Shown here piece after piece: positions 26,907 to 37,464 of a DNA stretch of 64,000 nt. Under the pieces are notes generated by a model. The model was not told where the DNA came from. It ran no database searches and saw only the letters and a list, made by a program, of their open reading frames with translations. The position numbers and the translations under genes were made by a program. Source of the stretch: Bacteroidales bacterium (GTDB lineage: Bacteria > Bacteroidota > Bacteroidia > Bacteroidales > Bacteroidaceae); contig SFIS01000003.1 of the NCBI GenBank assembly GCA_004555245.1, positions 11,306-75,305 of the forward strand. Direction: 5' to 3'. How positions within the stretch are numbered: position 1 is the first letter of the stretch; the number at the start of each line of letters is the position of its first letter.

Positions 26907-28679
26907 ATGGCAAACCCCATACTTGACGTACAGAATGTGTCGAAGTCTTTCGGTGCACGCACTCTCTTCCGCAACATCTCCTTCTCAATTGCTGAAGGAC
27001 AGCATGTGGGGCTCATTGCCCAGAACGGAACAGGCAAGTCAACCCTCCTCTCCATGCTCACCGGCACAGAGAGCGTTGACAGCGGAGCCATCATCTACCG
27101 CAACAACGTGCGCATAGGATATCTCTCGCAGACACCGCACTTCGACCCGTCGATGTCTGTTCTCGACGCATGCCGCTCGCATTGTACAGAGCACGACAGC
27201 CCGCTGAGCGTGATGCAGCTGCTGACAAAGCTGCACATACAAGACACGGCACAGCCCGTCGGACAACTCTCCGGCGGACAGCAGAAACGTGTCGCACTTG
27301 CTGCCGTTCTCGTCGCAGAGCCCGACTTCCTCATTCTCGACGAGCCGACAAACCATCTCGACCTCGAGATGATAGAATGGCTGGAGAGTTTCCTCGCAAG
27401 GGGAAACCGGACGATTCTCATGGTCACACACGACAGGTTCTTCCTCGACCGTATCTGCTCTGTCATCATGGAGCTTGACAACGAGACGCTATATACATAT
27501 AAAGGCAATTACAGCTACTATCTCGAGAAACGGCAGGAGCGCATAGACAACCTCAACGCGACCATACAGACAGCAAACAACCTCTACAGGAAAGAACTCG
27601 ACTGGATGAGACGCCAGCCACAGGCACGCGGACACAAGGCACGATACCGTGAAGACGCCTTCTATGAACTCGAGAAGGTGGCGAAACAGCGTATCGAGGA
27701 ACGACAGGTACGCCTCAAGGCAAGCACCGTGTATATCGGTTCGAAGATTTTCGAATGCCAGTATGTCTCAAAGGCATGGAAGAGAAACGACGGCAGTGAC
27801 CTCGTCATTCTCAAGGACTTCTACTACAACTTCGCACGCTTTGAGAAAATGGGTATTGTAGGAAGCAACGGAGCCGGAAAATCGACGTTCATAAAACTAC
27901 TCCTTGGAATTGAACAGCCCGACAGCGGACGCTTCGAAATCGGGCAGACTGTGAAATTCGGGTATTTCTCACAGGAAGGTCTGAACGTCAGCAACGACAA
28001 GAAAGTGATTGACGTGGTGACGGACATCGCTGACTTCATACGCCTCGCTAACGGCAGGACACTCACCGCATCACAGCTGCTCCAGCATTTCCTCTTCACA
28101 CCTGAACAGCAGCACGACTATGTATGCAAACTCTCGGGAGGGGAGAAACGGAAACTCTACCTCTGTACAGTGCTGATGCAGAACCCCAATTTCCTCGTCC
28201 TCGACGAGCCCACTAACGACCTCGACATCAAGACCCTGCAAATCCTGGAAGAATACTTGCAGGACTTCGCCGGATGTGTCATCGTCGTCTCGCACGACAG
28301 ATATTTCACGGACAAGATTGTTGACCATCTGCTCGTCTTCCACGGCGACGGCAAGATACAGGATTTCCCCGGAAACTACTCACAATACCGTGAGTATGAA
28401 CGCCTCAAACCGAAAGAAAACGCACCTGCCGTCAAGACCGAGAAACGCGACTACCGCAACGACACACGCCGCAGGATGACGTACAAGGAGAAACGTGAGT
28501 TTGAACAACTCGACATCGACATACCGCGACTGACAGCCGAGAAAGAGGAGATAGAACGGCTGCTCTCTTCAGGCACCCTGTCTGTCGAACGTATCACAGA
28601 ACTCTCAAAACGACTGCCGGCTCTCACCGCTGAACTCGACGAGAAAGAAATGCGGTGGCTCGAACTGAGCGAGATATAA
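26907..28679 (+). CDS. ABC-F family ATP-binding protein (Uup-like)
   Basis: Two ABC cassettes, ELDWMRRQPQARGHK, C-terminal RWLELSE. Confidence 0.9.
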   Translation: MANPILDVQNVSKSFGARTLFRNISFSIAEGQHVGLIAQNGTGKSTLLSMLTGTESVDSGAIIYRNNVRIGYLSQTPHFDPSMSVLDACRSHCTEHDSPLSVMQLLTKLHIQDTAQPVGQLSGGQQKRVALAAVLVAEPDFLILDEPTNHLDLEMIEWLESFLARGNRTILMVTHDRFFLDRICSVIMELDNETLYTYKGNYSYYLEKRQERIDNLNATIQTANNLYRKELDWMRRQPQARGHKARYREDAFYELEKVAKQRIEERQVRLKASTVYIGSKIFECQYVSKAWKRNDGSDLVILKDFYYNFARFEKMGIVGSNGAGKSTFIKLLLGIEQPDSGRFEIGQTVKFGYFSQEGLNVSNDKKVIDVVTDIADFIRLANGRTLTASQLLQHFLFTPEQQHDYVCKLSGGEKRKLYLCTVLMQNPNFLVLDEPTNDLDIKTLQILEEYLQDFAGCVIVVSHDRYFTDKIVDHLLVFHGDGKIQDFPGNYSQYREYERLKPKENAPAVKTEKRDYRNDTRRRMTYKEKREFEQLDIDIPRLTAEKEEIERLLSSGTLSVERITELSKRLPALTAELDEKEMRWLELSEI

Positions 28680-28740
28680 TATTTATCCCGTCAACTCGTT
28701 TTACTTGTCAACTGAAATACTCGTCAACTAAAAAGAAATA

Positions 28741-29394
28741 ATGAAATCATTCAAAGCAGCATTGTTCGACCTCGACGGAACACTGGTCGATACAGAGCAT
28801 CAATACACAATATTCTGGGCAGAGACCGGTAAGAAATACCGTCCCGATGTCCCAAACCTTGCACAGACAATCAAAGGCACTACACTGGTGCAGATTTTCC
28901 AGCGTTATTTCCCTGACAAACAGTGGCAGAGAGAGATAACGGAAGCTCTCGACCGTTGGGAGGCTCGCATGACATACGACATCATACCGGGAGCACTCGA
29001 TTTCGTGAGAGACATACGCAGCCACGGAGTGAAATGTGCCATTGTGACAAGCTCTAACATCAAGAAGATGGATGTCTTCAGAAACAGGCAACCTGAGTTC
29101 TGCGCTCTCTTCGACCGTATCCTGACCAGCGAAGATTTTGCGGCTTCCAAGCCTAATCCGGACTGCTATCTGAAAGGAGCAGAGACTTTCGGATGCACCA
29201 TCGATGAGTGTGTCGTGTTTGAAGATGCCTTCACAGGACTGCAGGCCGGTATGTCCGCAGGCATCTTCACCGTCGGGCTTACCACGTACAACAGCCGCGA
29301 GGCCATCTCGTCGCTATGCAATCACGCCATTGACAACTTCGTGGGGCTGACCTACGACGGCGTGACGGATATCCTCGATTCACATTCTGGATAA
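28741..29394 (+). CDS. HAD family phosphatase
   Basis: FDLDGTLVDT, VTSS, SKPNPDCY, VFEDA. Confidence 0.9.
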   Translation: MKSFKAALFDLDGTLVDTEHQYTIFWAETGKKYRPDVPNLAQTIKGTTLVQIFQRYFPDKQWQREITEALDRWEARMTYDIIPGALDFVRDIRSHGVKCAIVTSSNIKKMDVFRNRQPEFCALFDRILTSEDFAASKPNPDCYLKGAETFGCTIDECVVFEDAFTGLQAGMSAGIFTVGLTTYNSREAISSLCNHAIDNFVGLTYDGVTDILDSHSG

Positions 29395-29422
29395 TGCTGC
29401 TCTTTATCTAATTATTAACACA

Positions 29423-31288
29423 ATGACAAACGAAGAAACAAAAAACGAACTCCGTACGGACAGCATGACAAATGCCCCAACCGCAAAAAACAACGGCGAG
29501 GACATTGAAACCCGTACGAAGACAAAGAGAAAATCCGGAACAAAGACCGCGACAAAAACTGCGACAAAAACCGCGACAAAAACCAAGTCTGCAACAAAAA
29601 ACGACACAAAAGCGAAATCAGCGACAAAGAGCACAACGGCTGCAAAAAGCCGCAAGAAGACTTCATCAAAGTCTGCCAAAACCGAAGATCAGGCAGCGCA
29701 GCAGACAACGCAGCAGACAACGCAGGACCTTACACTCCAACCAGCCGACACACCGCAAGTTCCGGCAGATGAAACCATAACAGTGGCACATACTGAAGCA
29801 TCTGAACCTGTCGGCAATGGGAAGACCGACATTCAGACGGCACAGGTTGAAGACAAAGCCATAGTGGAAGCAGAAGATACTCCTGAACCACAGGCATCTA
29901 TGCCGGCACATACGTCGGAGCCTAATGAGCAGACCTCTCTTCCCAAAACACAAGAGAAACCTTCCGAGAACAGACAGAAGCCTGCTGAAAACAGACAGAA
30001 GCCTGCTGAAAACAAACAGAAGGCTGAAGAGAACAGACAGAAGGCTGACGAGGCAAGGCAAAAGGCTGAACAGAACCGTCAGGAGCAGAACCGTCAGGAG
30101 CGTGTCATACCTCCGTGCCCGACATTGCTCATAAGAGACATCGTCGAACTGTGTGCCGCACCGCAGAAACAGCTGCTCTTGTCTGATGCACAGATACAGC
30201 AACTGTCGCAAGAAGAATCTGCCAGGCGATTCAGATGGATAGAAGGCACCTTGGCTCTCGTACTTAACTACGACATCGTCGTAAGCGATACGAATATCTG
30301 GCTTGAGCTTCTCACAGGCCATACCTCGTCACATTCCGACCCGCGCTATAATGCGCGCCTGCAGTTCGAGAGACAGCTGGAGTTCATCTCGCGCCTGATG
30401 AAACATCGTGGCGGCAGATTCATGATGATGTCGGAGACATACGAAGAGATTGACCGCTTCGCAACAATGATAGATCCAGTCAGCCCGCGCGACGCAGACT
30501 TCAACGACGAGACCGTCTGCCGTAACATCGCTGCCCGGCTTGCAAAGCGTCTCATACTCTCACAGCAGCGCGAGAATCGTCTCAGAATAGAGGGGATAGG
30601 CTCTGAAAGCCATCACTCTTCCTTTGCCGACCCGGCTATCATACACCGTTGCGTAGAACTCTTCTCGCAAGGCAGAAGGGTGCTCCTGCTGACCAACGAC
30701 GCCTCTGTCGGCATCCGTACCATGGGTATGTGCGACGACCTGCAACGCACAAACGGAATCCCGGACAGCGAGTGGGACAAGGTCTATGCCCCTCTGCGGC
30801 CTATGGTAATCACCATGGACGACCTGCGTCTCCTTGACGCCTACACCCGCCAGTATCATTTCCTCCAGCAGGCTGCCGGAAAACAATGGATGGAAGATGT
30901 GCCGCAGACTATGCCAGTACGCTCTGTCGAACCCCTGGCGTTATGGGAAGAAGGCTTCAGAGCCGGCGACCGCTATGCTGAGAAGAAAGTGATGCAGAAA
31001 CAGGCTGCCAACACACAGAAGCAGCCTGCAACACAGCAGAAACCTGCATCGAACAACCAGAAGCAGAACCAAAACAACCAGAAGCAGACTGCCAATAACC
31101 AGAAGCAGCCTGCCAATTCGCAGAAGAAACAGCAGAAACCCAAGCAGGATCAGCCCAAGCAGGATCAGCCCAAGCAGGATCAGACAAAAACGGATCAGCC
31201 AAAGCAGGAACAGCCAAAGCAGGAACAGCCAAAAACGGATCAGCCAAAGCAGGAACAGCCAAAGCAGGATCAGCCCAAGCAGGAATAA
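29423..31288 (+). CDS. PIN-domain protein with long low-complexity N- and C-terminal regions
   Basis: Central VVSDTNIWL...TYEEID...FADPAII...VLLLTND (PIN acidic tetrad pattern); KTAT, ENRQKPA and PKQDQ repeats. Confidence 0.65.
   Translation: MTNEETKNELRTDSMTNAPTAKNNGEDIETRTKTKRKSGTKTATKTATKTATKTKSATKNDTKAKSATKSTTAAKSRKKTSSKSAKTEDQAAQQTTQQTTQDLTLQPADTPQVPADETITVAHTEASEPVGNGKTDIQTAQVEDKAIVEAEDTPEPQASMPAHTSEPNEQTSLPKTQEKPSENRQKPAENRQKPAENKQKAEENRQKADEARQKAEQNRQEQNRQERVIPPCPTLLIRDIVELCAAPQKQLLLSDAQIQQLSQEESARRFRWIEGTLALVLNYDIVVSDTNIWLELLTGHTSSHSDPRYNARLQFERQLEFISRLMKHRGGRFMMMSETYEEIDRFATMIDPVSPRDADFNDETVCRNIAARLAKRLILSQQRENRLRIEGIGSESHHSSFADPAIIHRCVELFSQGRRVLLLTNDASVGIRTMGMCDDLQRTNGIPDSEWDKVYAPLRPMVITMDDLRLLDAYTRQYHFLQQAAGKQWMEDVPQTMPVRSVEPLALWEEGFRAGDRYAEKKVMQKQAANTQKQPATQQKPASNNQKQNQNNQKQTANNQKQPANSQKKQQKPKQDQPKQDQPKQDQTKTDQPKQEQPKQEQPKTDQPKQEQPKQDQPKQE
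31139..31285 (+). repeat. Intragenic 15-bp tandem repeat, 10 units encoding PKQ(D/E)Q
   Basis: CCCAAGCAGGATCAG / CCAAAGCAGGAACAG units up to the stop codon. Confidence 0.9.
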
Positions 31289-31328
31289 TCTTTTGTTGAT
31301 ATCCAAGCTTGGCGAATGAAACAAAAAC

Positions 31329-31372
31329 AACCGGCTATGCCTCTATTCTTAGGAAAAAGGGCATAGCCGGTT
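31329..31372. terminator. Bidirectional terminator
   Basis: AACCGGCTATGCC...GGCATAGCCGGTT between convergent genes. Confidence 0.75.
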
Positions 31373-31448
31373 TGGCGTTTCAAATATTTTGAGTTTTCGG
31401 AAACTGAGAGTTGTCAGACAAGAGACATCCCGTTTCTCGGCAGAGAAG

Positions 31449-32693
31449 CTATTCTATCGTGGCATAACCGTACAGCAGATCCGCCCGTCCTCCAATCGGA
31501 CGATAATATACAAGACAGGAGTATGTGTTCTGTGTCTCGGAGAAGTTGCCGTCAGCGGGCAGCGTGACAGTCGTGCCGTCATGTTTCCGCATCACATACT
31601 GATAAGAATAGTAGCCCATCTTCAACGTCACGGCGCAGTGGTACAGTTTCTGCAGCGGGTCGTACTCCATCCTGTACTCCGGCAGCAGAGAATCGTAGGT
31701 CCATTGCCCGTTGACATAGACGTCGCCGTCGAAAGGCATCTCGCACCGGTAGGTGAAATGACAGACGAAATATTCCGTCTCGGTGTTGTTGCTGACGTTG
31801 TCGGTGTTGCGGATGTAGAAAGCACCGTCGGCATCTTCATCGTAGCTGTAGTGTGTGCGTGGCGTGTCGGTGTAGAGCCATACGTGATAATCCTGTCCGT
31901 CAAAGTCTGTGTGTTCCACGCCGAGAGAGTTGCGGTGCAGGTCGAGATATTCAAACTTGCGGTATTCGTTCGTGGCGGGGAATATCAGTTGTCTGCAGTG
32001 CTTCCATTCCAAGCCGTCGCCGCGCCGTGTCGTCGGGCGAATGCCTTTTCTCGCCGTACTCCATCTGTTGTTCTGCATGGTTATGACAGATAGCTGTCGG
32101 TCGGGGTCAGTCACGTTGACACCGCTGTATGCAATGCTCAGCGCTATCTGCTGGTGTGCCCGGTTATAGTCTATGTCCGTGTTTGTCGTCATAGTCATCG
32201 CGACCCCCATCTTCCTCTCCGCCGCCATGAAGCACGCTCTTGCCACATCCTCGCCGCTCTCGTCGTCAGTGATTGTCACACGATAGTTGCCTGACATTTT
32301 CAGTCTGCATTCGTCGTTCGGAATCTGCAGGGTGTAATGCGTATAAAGCGTCGCCATGTTCAGCGACTGCTCGTCAGAGGATACGGTGAGATTGTTTGTG
32401 AAGCCGTCGATATAGTCAGTCTCAAAGACATCGCTCTCTCTCCAGTCTGCGTCGCAGTGTGCAATCCTGTACGAGAAGCGGCGGTAGGCGTGGCTCATCT
32501 CGTCGAACGAGATGTTCACCCTCTCCTCTCCGTTCAGGTCTATGACGGGAAGTGATGTCCATCTGTCGTCCGCCACTACCTGCAATGTGCGTATGTTCTC
32601 AGCCAGAATCTCCTGCTGCTGTGCCCTTATGCCGCAAACTGCCAGCAGGCTGGTAAGGCATACGGCCGTAAGTCTGTTTATGGTATGTGTCAT
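31449..32693 (-). CDS. DUF5103 / type IX secretion plug-like protein
   Basis: Signal peptide; NIRTLQV, ISFDEMSH, HCDADW, YTHY, SGNY, NEYRKFE, LKMGYYSYQY, GNFSETQNTY. Confidence 0.7.
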   Translation of the reverse strand: MTHTINRLTAVCLTSLLAVCGIRAQQQEILAENIRTLQVVADDRWTSLPVIDLNGEERVNISFDEMSHAYRRFSYRIAHCDADWRESDVFETDYIDGFTNNLTVSSDEQSLNMATLYTHYTLQIPNDECRLKMSGNYRVTITDDESGEDVARACFMAAERKMGVAMTMTTNTDIDYNRAHQQIALSIAYSGVNVTDPDRQLSVITMQNNRWSTARKGIRPTTRRGDGLEWKHCRQLIFPATNEYRKFEYLDLHRNSLGVEHTDFDGQDYHVWLYTDTPRTHYSYDEDADGAFYIRNTDNVSNNTETEYFVCHFTYRCEMPFDGDVYVNGQWTYDSLLPEYRMEYDPLQKLYHCAVTLKMGYYSYQYVMRKHDGTTVTLPADGNFSETQNTYSCLVYYRPIGGRADLLYGYATIE

Positions 32694-32850
32694 GTTAGGG
32701 TTTACTTGTTCATGAAGTCTGTGCCATTGCCGGTCAAGGCATATCTGCATTTCTTTTTGCAAAAATACTCTTTTTTTTCGTAATAAGGCAAGTGTTACAA
32801 CATTTTTTTGTAATTTTGCAGACTGGAACAACAAATCAAACGAAAATATC

Positions 32851-34332
32851 ATGGCAAAAGAACTAAAAGACCTGACAAAACGTTCAGAGAACTACAGTCA
32901 GTGGTACAACGACCTCATTGTGAAAGCCGACCTCGCCGAACAGAGTGCTGTGCGCGGATGTATGGTCATCAAGCCTTACGGCTACGCCATCTGGGAGAAG
33001 ATGCAGCGCGAGCTGGACCGTATGTTCAAGGAGACGGGAGCCCAGAATGCCTATTTCCCGCTCCTCATCCCCAAGTCTTTCCTCTCTCGCGAGGCAGAAC
33101 ATGTCAAGGGTTTCGCAAAAGAATGTGCCGTTGTCACCCACTATCGTCTGAAATCCTCTGACGACGGCAATGCTGTCGTTGTCGATCCTGATGCCCGTCT
33201 TGAAGAAGAGCTTATAGTGCGTCCTACGTCAGAGACCATCATCTGGAATACATACAAGAACTGGATACACTCCTACCGCGACCTACCTCTCATGTGCAAC
33301 CAGTGGTGCAATGTGATGCGTTGGGAGATGCGCACCCGTCCGTTCCTCCGCACGTCGGAGTTCCTCTGGCAGGAGGGCCACACCGCCCACGCCACTCGCG
33401 AAGAGGCTGAGGCTGAGGCACAGAAGATGCTGAAGGTATATGCCGAGTTTGCAGAGGGCTTCATGGCTGTTCCGGTGCTGCAGGGCGTGAAGTCAGAGAC
33501 TGAGCGCTTCGCCGGAGCCCTCGACACTTACACCATCGAGGCGATGATGCAGGACGGCAAGGCTCTGCAGTCTGGCACCAGCCATTTCCTCGGACAGAAC
33601 TTCGCAAAGTCGTTCGATGTCACCTTCCTCAACAAGGAGAACAAGCCGGAGTATGTATGGGCTACGTCATGGGGCGTCTCTACACGTCTTATCGGTGCGC
33701 TTATCATGACCCACTCTGACGACAACGGTCTCGTCCTTCCTCCGAAACTTGCGCCGATACAGGTTGTCATCATCCCTATCGCGAACAAGCCTGAGCAGCT
33801 TGCTGCCGTCACGGAACGTCTTCAGCCTGTCATCGAGCGTCTGCGCCAGCTTGGCGTGACAGTGAAATATGACGATGCCGACAACCGCCGTCCGGGCTTC
33901 AAGTTCGCCGACTATGAGCTGAAGGGAGTGCCGGTACGTCTCGCCATGGGGGCGCGTGACATTGAGAACGGCACCATCGAACTGATGCGTCGCGACACTC
34001 TTGAGAAGGAGACCCTGCCTTTCGAGGGCATTGCAGACCATGTCTATCGTCTCCTTGACGACATCCAGGCAAACATCTTCGAGAAGGCACGCCGCTATCG
34101 TGACGAGCATGTGTATGTCTGCGAAGACTACGAGGAGTTCAAGCGGCGCGTGAAAGACGGCGGCTTCTTCCTCTGCCACTGGGACGGAACAGAAGAGACG
34201 GAGGCAAGGATAAAGGAAGAGACCCAGGCCACCATACGCTGCGTCCCCTTCGCCTACGAGCAGACACCGGGCATCGACATGGTTTCCGGCAAACCGGCAA
34301 AACACCGTGTCATCATCGCACGGGCATATTGA
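32851..34332 (+). CDS. proS: Proline--tRNA ligase (eukaryote/archaea-like type)
   Basis: [41 protein letters not shown]-terminal ARAY; promoter TAATTTTG at 32811. Confidence 0.97.
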   Translation: MAKELKDLTKRSENYSQWYNDLIVKADLAEQSAVRGCMVIKPYGYAIWEKMQRELDRMFKETGAQNAYFPLLIPKSFLSREAEHVKGFAKECAVVTHYRLKSSDDGNAVVVDPDARLEEELIVRPTSETIIWNTYKNWIHSYRDLPLMCNQWCNVMRWEMRTRPFLRTSEFLWQEGHTAHATREEAEAEAQKMLKVYAEFAEGFMAVPVLQGVKSETERFAGALDTYTIEAMMQDGKALQSGTSHFLGQNFAKSFDVTFLNKENKPEYVWATSWGVSTRLIGALIMTHSDDNGLVLPPKLAPIQVVIIPIANKPEQLAAVTERLQPVIERLRQLGVTVKYDDADNRRPGFKFADYELKGVPVRLAMGARDIENGTIELMRRDTLEKETLPFEGIADHVYRLLDDIQANIFEKARRYRDEHVYVCEDYEEFKRRVKDGGFFLCHWDGTEETEARIKEETQATIRCVPFAYEQTPGIDMVSGKPAKHRVIIARAY

Positions 34333-34346
34333 TTCTCCTTTTGCCG

Positions 34347-34718
34347 ATGAATGAAATCATCTTGTCTATCGGATCAAACGCTGAAGGCAGGCGGAAGGTG
34401 GCGGAAGCCATCTCCCGGCTGTCTTCTTTTGTGTATGGCGCCCATGCCACGCCGGTCATCGACACCGACCCGATAGCAGTCTCTTCTGCACAGCCGTTCG
34501 CCAATGCGATGATGCGCGGCTACACCTCGCTGCCTTTCCATGCCCTGCGCTCTGTTCTGAAAAACATCGAGCGGATGTCCGGGCGCAATGCGGCTGACAC
34601 CTCCGTGGGTGTCATACATCTCGACATAGACATCATGCAGTACGGCGGACAACGCCTCAAGCCGTCCGACTGGCAGCGTCCCTATATCATCACCTTGCTG
34701 AAAGCCCTCTTTCTATAA
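34347..34718 (+). CDS. Short HPPK (FolK)-like protein
   Basis: ILSIGSN, LKNIERMSGR, HLDIDIMQY. Confidence 0.7.
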   Translation: MNEIILSIGSNAEGRRKVAEAISRLSSFVYGAHATPVIDTDPIAVSSAQPFANAMMRGYTSLPFHALRSVLKNIERMSGRNAADTSVGVIHLDIDIMQYGGQRLKPSDWQRPYIITLLKALFL

Positions 34719-34723
34719 CAGTT

Positions 34724-36055
34724 ATGAAACACGACACAAGATACGTTATCCTTTTCTTCATGCTCTTCTCTCTATCGTTGCCATGCTGTATGGCACAAGA
34801 GTTCGACGACTGTTTCCGCGACGCGACGCTGCGTCTCGACTATTCATTCTCAGGCACCGCCACTGAGCAGAGCATCGCCGTTGACGCCCTCTCGTCTTTC
34901 GACGGCTGGTATGGCAAACGCCGCCGTCTGTCCTCAGTTCCCGTCGAGGGCAACGGACAGGTCATTGTTCGCAGCCATCGTGACACGACGGTCATCTATC
35001 GCCAGTCGTTCTGCACCCTCTTTCAGGAGTGGCAGAGCTATCCCGAGGCGCAGCAGCTTCGCCGTTCGTTCGAGAATGTCTGTCTCATCCCCATGCCCAA
35101 GGACACTGTCGATGTCACGGTGCAGCTCATGGACAACCGCCGTCAGGTGACATCCTCGCTCACCCATACCGTAGTTCCCACTGACATACTCATCCGCCGC
35201 CATCCCCGTCCCGCGGTTCCCTATACCGTTCTTCAGCCGGCGGCAGACACCGCACGCTGCATCCGCATCGCCTTTGTTGCGGAGGGATATACGAAAGACG
35301 AGATGCCCGTCTTCATCGAGGATGCCCGCATCGCCGTCGATGCCATCTTCTCTCACGAGCCTTTCGCCTCTCTCCGTCCGCGCTTCAACATCATTGCGGT
35401 CGAGAGCCCGTCAGCCGACAGCGGCACCAGCATCCCTTCGCGCCACGAATGGAAGACGACGGCACTCGGTTCGTCTTTCTCCACATTCTACAGCGACCGC
35501 TATCTCACCACGCTCAACATCAAGCAGCTGCACAACACCCTCGCCGGCCTGCCCTACGAGCATATCATCGTTCTCGTGAACACGGCAGAATACGGCGGCG
35601 GCGGCATACTCAACTTCTACAATCTCTCTTCCACCCACCATCCGCGCTACAAGGAGGTTGTCGTGCATGAGTTCGGCCACAGTTTTGCCGGGCTTGCCGA
35701 CGAGTATGCCTACGAGGCGGAGCAGATACCGATGTATCCTCACGACGTAGAGCCTTGGGAGCGTAACATCACCACCCTTGCAGACTTCCACGGCAAATGG
35801 GAGAACCTCATCCCTGCCGGCACACCCGTCCCTACGCCTATGCCCGAAGCCCGGTCCGGGAAACGGAGCAGGGGGAAGAAACGTCAGGCGGCTGACGCAG
35901 AACAGATTGGTGTCTATGAGGGAGCGGGCTATTCGCTGAAGGGTGTCTATCGCGGTACTCCCGACTGCCGTATGCGCTCCAACGAATCACCCGTCTTCTG
36001 TCCCGTATGCCGGCAGGCAATCACGCAGCTCGTGGATTTCTATACGAAAGACTGA
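34724..36055 (+). CDS. Peptidase M64 (IgA peptidase-like) family protein
   Basis: Signal peptide, VAEGYT, YGGGGI, VHEFGHSFAGLADEY zinc motif, DCRMR...FCPVC. Confidence 0.88.
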   Translation: MKHDTRYVILFFMLFSLSLPCCMAQEFDDCFRDATLRLDYSFSGTATEQSIAVDALSSFDGWYGKRRRLSSVPVEGNGQVIVRSHRDTTVIYRQSFCTLFQEWQSYPEAQQLRRSFENVCLIPMPKDTVDVTVQLMDNRRQVTSSLTHTVVPTDILIRRHPRPAVPYTVLQPAADTARCIRIAFVAEGYTKDEMPVFIEDARIAVDAIFSHEPFASLRPRFNIIAVESPSADSGTSIPSRHEWKTTALGSSFSTFYSDRYLTTLNIKQLHNTLAGLPYEHIIVLVNTAEYGGGGILNFYNLSSTHHPRYKEVVVHEFGHSFAGLADEYAYEAEQIPMYPHDVEPWERNITTLADFHGKWENLIPAGTPVPTPMPEARSGKRSRGKKRQAADAEQIGVYEGAGYSLKGVYRGTPDCRMRSNESPVFCPVCRQAITQLVDFYTKD

Positions 36056-36142
36056 TTTTTCTTTTTTTTCTGACAGGTAGAGGCAGTCAGTGGCGTTGCT
36101 GTGGTATGGCGGCGTTCTTGCAGTTCCGTCTCTCACAGTTAG

Positions 36143-37021
36143 TCAGACGTTCGCCAACACTTTTCGCCGGTAGTGTTTAGGAGAGTGTCCCGTCTGTTTC
36201 TTGAAGAAAGTGCCGAAGGCAGAGGCGTTGGGGAACGACAGGTCGTCGGCAATCTCCTGAATGGTCTTGCTCGTCGAGTTGATGAGGAAGATGCTCCGCC
36301 TGATGATAGCTTTGAAGATGAGCTGCTGCACTGTATATCCGCTGACAGACTTCACGAGGGCGGTGAGATATTTCGGCGAGAGACAGAGTTTGTCGGCATA
36401 GAACGTCACCTTGCGTTCGTTCTGGAAGTGCTGGCCGATGAGGGAGACGAGCTTCCCGAATATCTCTGTCGTCCTTGCCGGAATCTCCGGTCTGTCGGGT
36501 ATGTGCGACGAGAAGAAGTCGCAGAGGCGGTAGGTTAGACTGACGAGCAGCAGCTGCCTCTCGTTGTCCCTGTAGGCTGACAGCGTTGTCTGGGGCGACG
36601 ATTGTATGAGGCTGATGTATGATGTGAAGACGTTGTCCTCCTCTGTCGGTATGATGTGCAGCGGCAGAGTGTTCTGCATGTCGTAGATGCGCATCATCAC
36701 CACTGTGTTGCCGAGAATGTGGCGTATGGGTGCGATGCGGTAGCAGAGCAGCGAGTATTCGAGACTGTCTGATACGGACAGTATCTGAAGCAGCACGTTC
36801 TCAGACACGAAGGCGGTCTCTCCGCCGTTGACGGTGTATGGCGATCCGTTGGCAAGCAGGCGTATGTAGCCTGTATGGCATACGATGATTGTCACATAGT
36901 CCATGAAATACGGATGTGTGAGCAGTTGCGGGATGCTGTGCAGCGTGCCTTCCGAACAGCATGTGTCGAGGCGTTGCGACAGAGCGGAATGCAGTTGTGC
37001 CAGTCGTTGTTCTTCTTGCAT
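36143..37021 (-). CDS. AraC family transcriptional regulator
   Basis: FYADKLCLSPKYL, TIQEIADDLSFPNASAFGTFFKKQTGHSP. Confidence 0.9.
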   Translation of the reverse strand: MQEEQRLAQLHSALSQRLDTCCSEGTLHSIPQLLTHPYFMDYVTIIVCHTGYIRLLANGSPYTVNGGETAFVSENVLLQILSVSDSLEYSLLCYRIAPIRHILGNTVVMMRIYDMQNTLPLHIIPTEEDNVFTSYISLIQSSPQTTLSAYRDNERQLLLVSLTYRLCDFFSSHIPDRPEIPARTTEIFGKLVSLIGQHFQNERKVTFYADKLCLSPKYLTALVKSVSGYTVQQLIFKAIIRRSIFLINSTSKTIQEIADDLSFPNASAFGTFFKKQTGHSPKHYRRKVLANV

Positions 37022-37036
37022 ATTACGGATGTAGGT

Positions 37037-37219
37037 TCAGTGTTGTCTGTCTTCTTCTTCCCGGCACCCGCCCTCATGTCTTGCGCAGCAGCTTCCGCCG
37101 TCCTTTTTCTTCTTGCAGTTGCTGCAGTTGCACGACGGAGCGGTGATGGAGCGGTAGAGATGCCGTGCGGCAAAGAGTGCGGCTATCGCCACGATGATGA
37201 CAGTGATTGTATCTTGCAT
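37037..37219 (-). CDS. FeoB-associated Cys-rich membrane protein
   Basis: 60 aa, N-terminal TM segment then SCNCSNC...SCC; downstream of feoB. Confidence 0.7.
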   Translation of the reverse strand: MQDTITVIIVAIAALFAARHLYRSITAPSCNCSNCKKKKDGGSCCARHEGGCREEEDRQH

Positions 37220-37464
37220 ATTCTTTTTTAAGTTGGCGAGTTGACGGTTTTGACGAGTTGGCGGTTAAGTCAACAGTAATCTTGTTGTCCCTGTTGTATG
37301 TCATTTTATGACATCCTCGCGTTGCGTATGTTCTTCCCGTTGTTTGTGTTGTCTCTGTTGTCATCTAAAAAATATCTTAGTTGACAAGTGAAATCTTGTT
37401 TTCGTCAAAAATAACACAGTTGCCAGGGAAATACAAACCGGTGTTTACGAGCAGGCTGTAGCAA

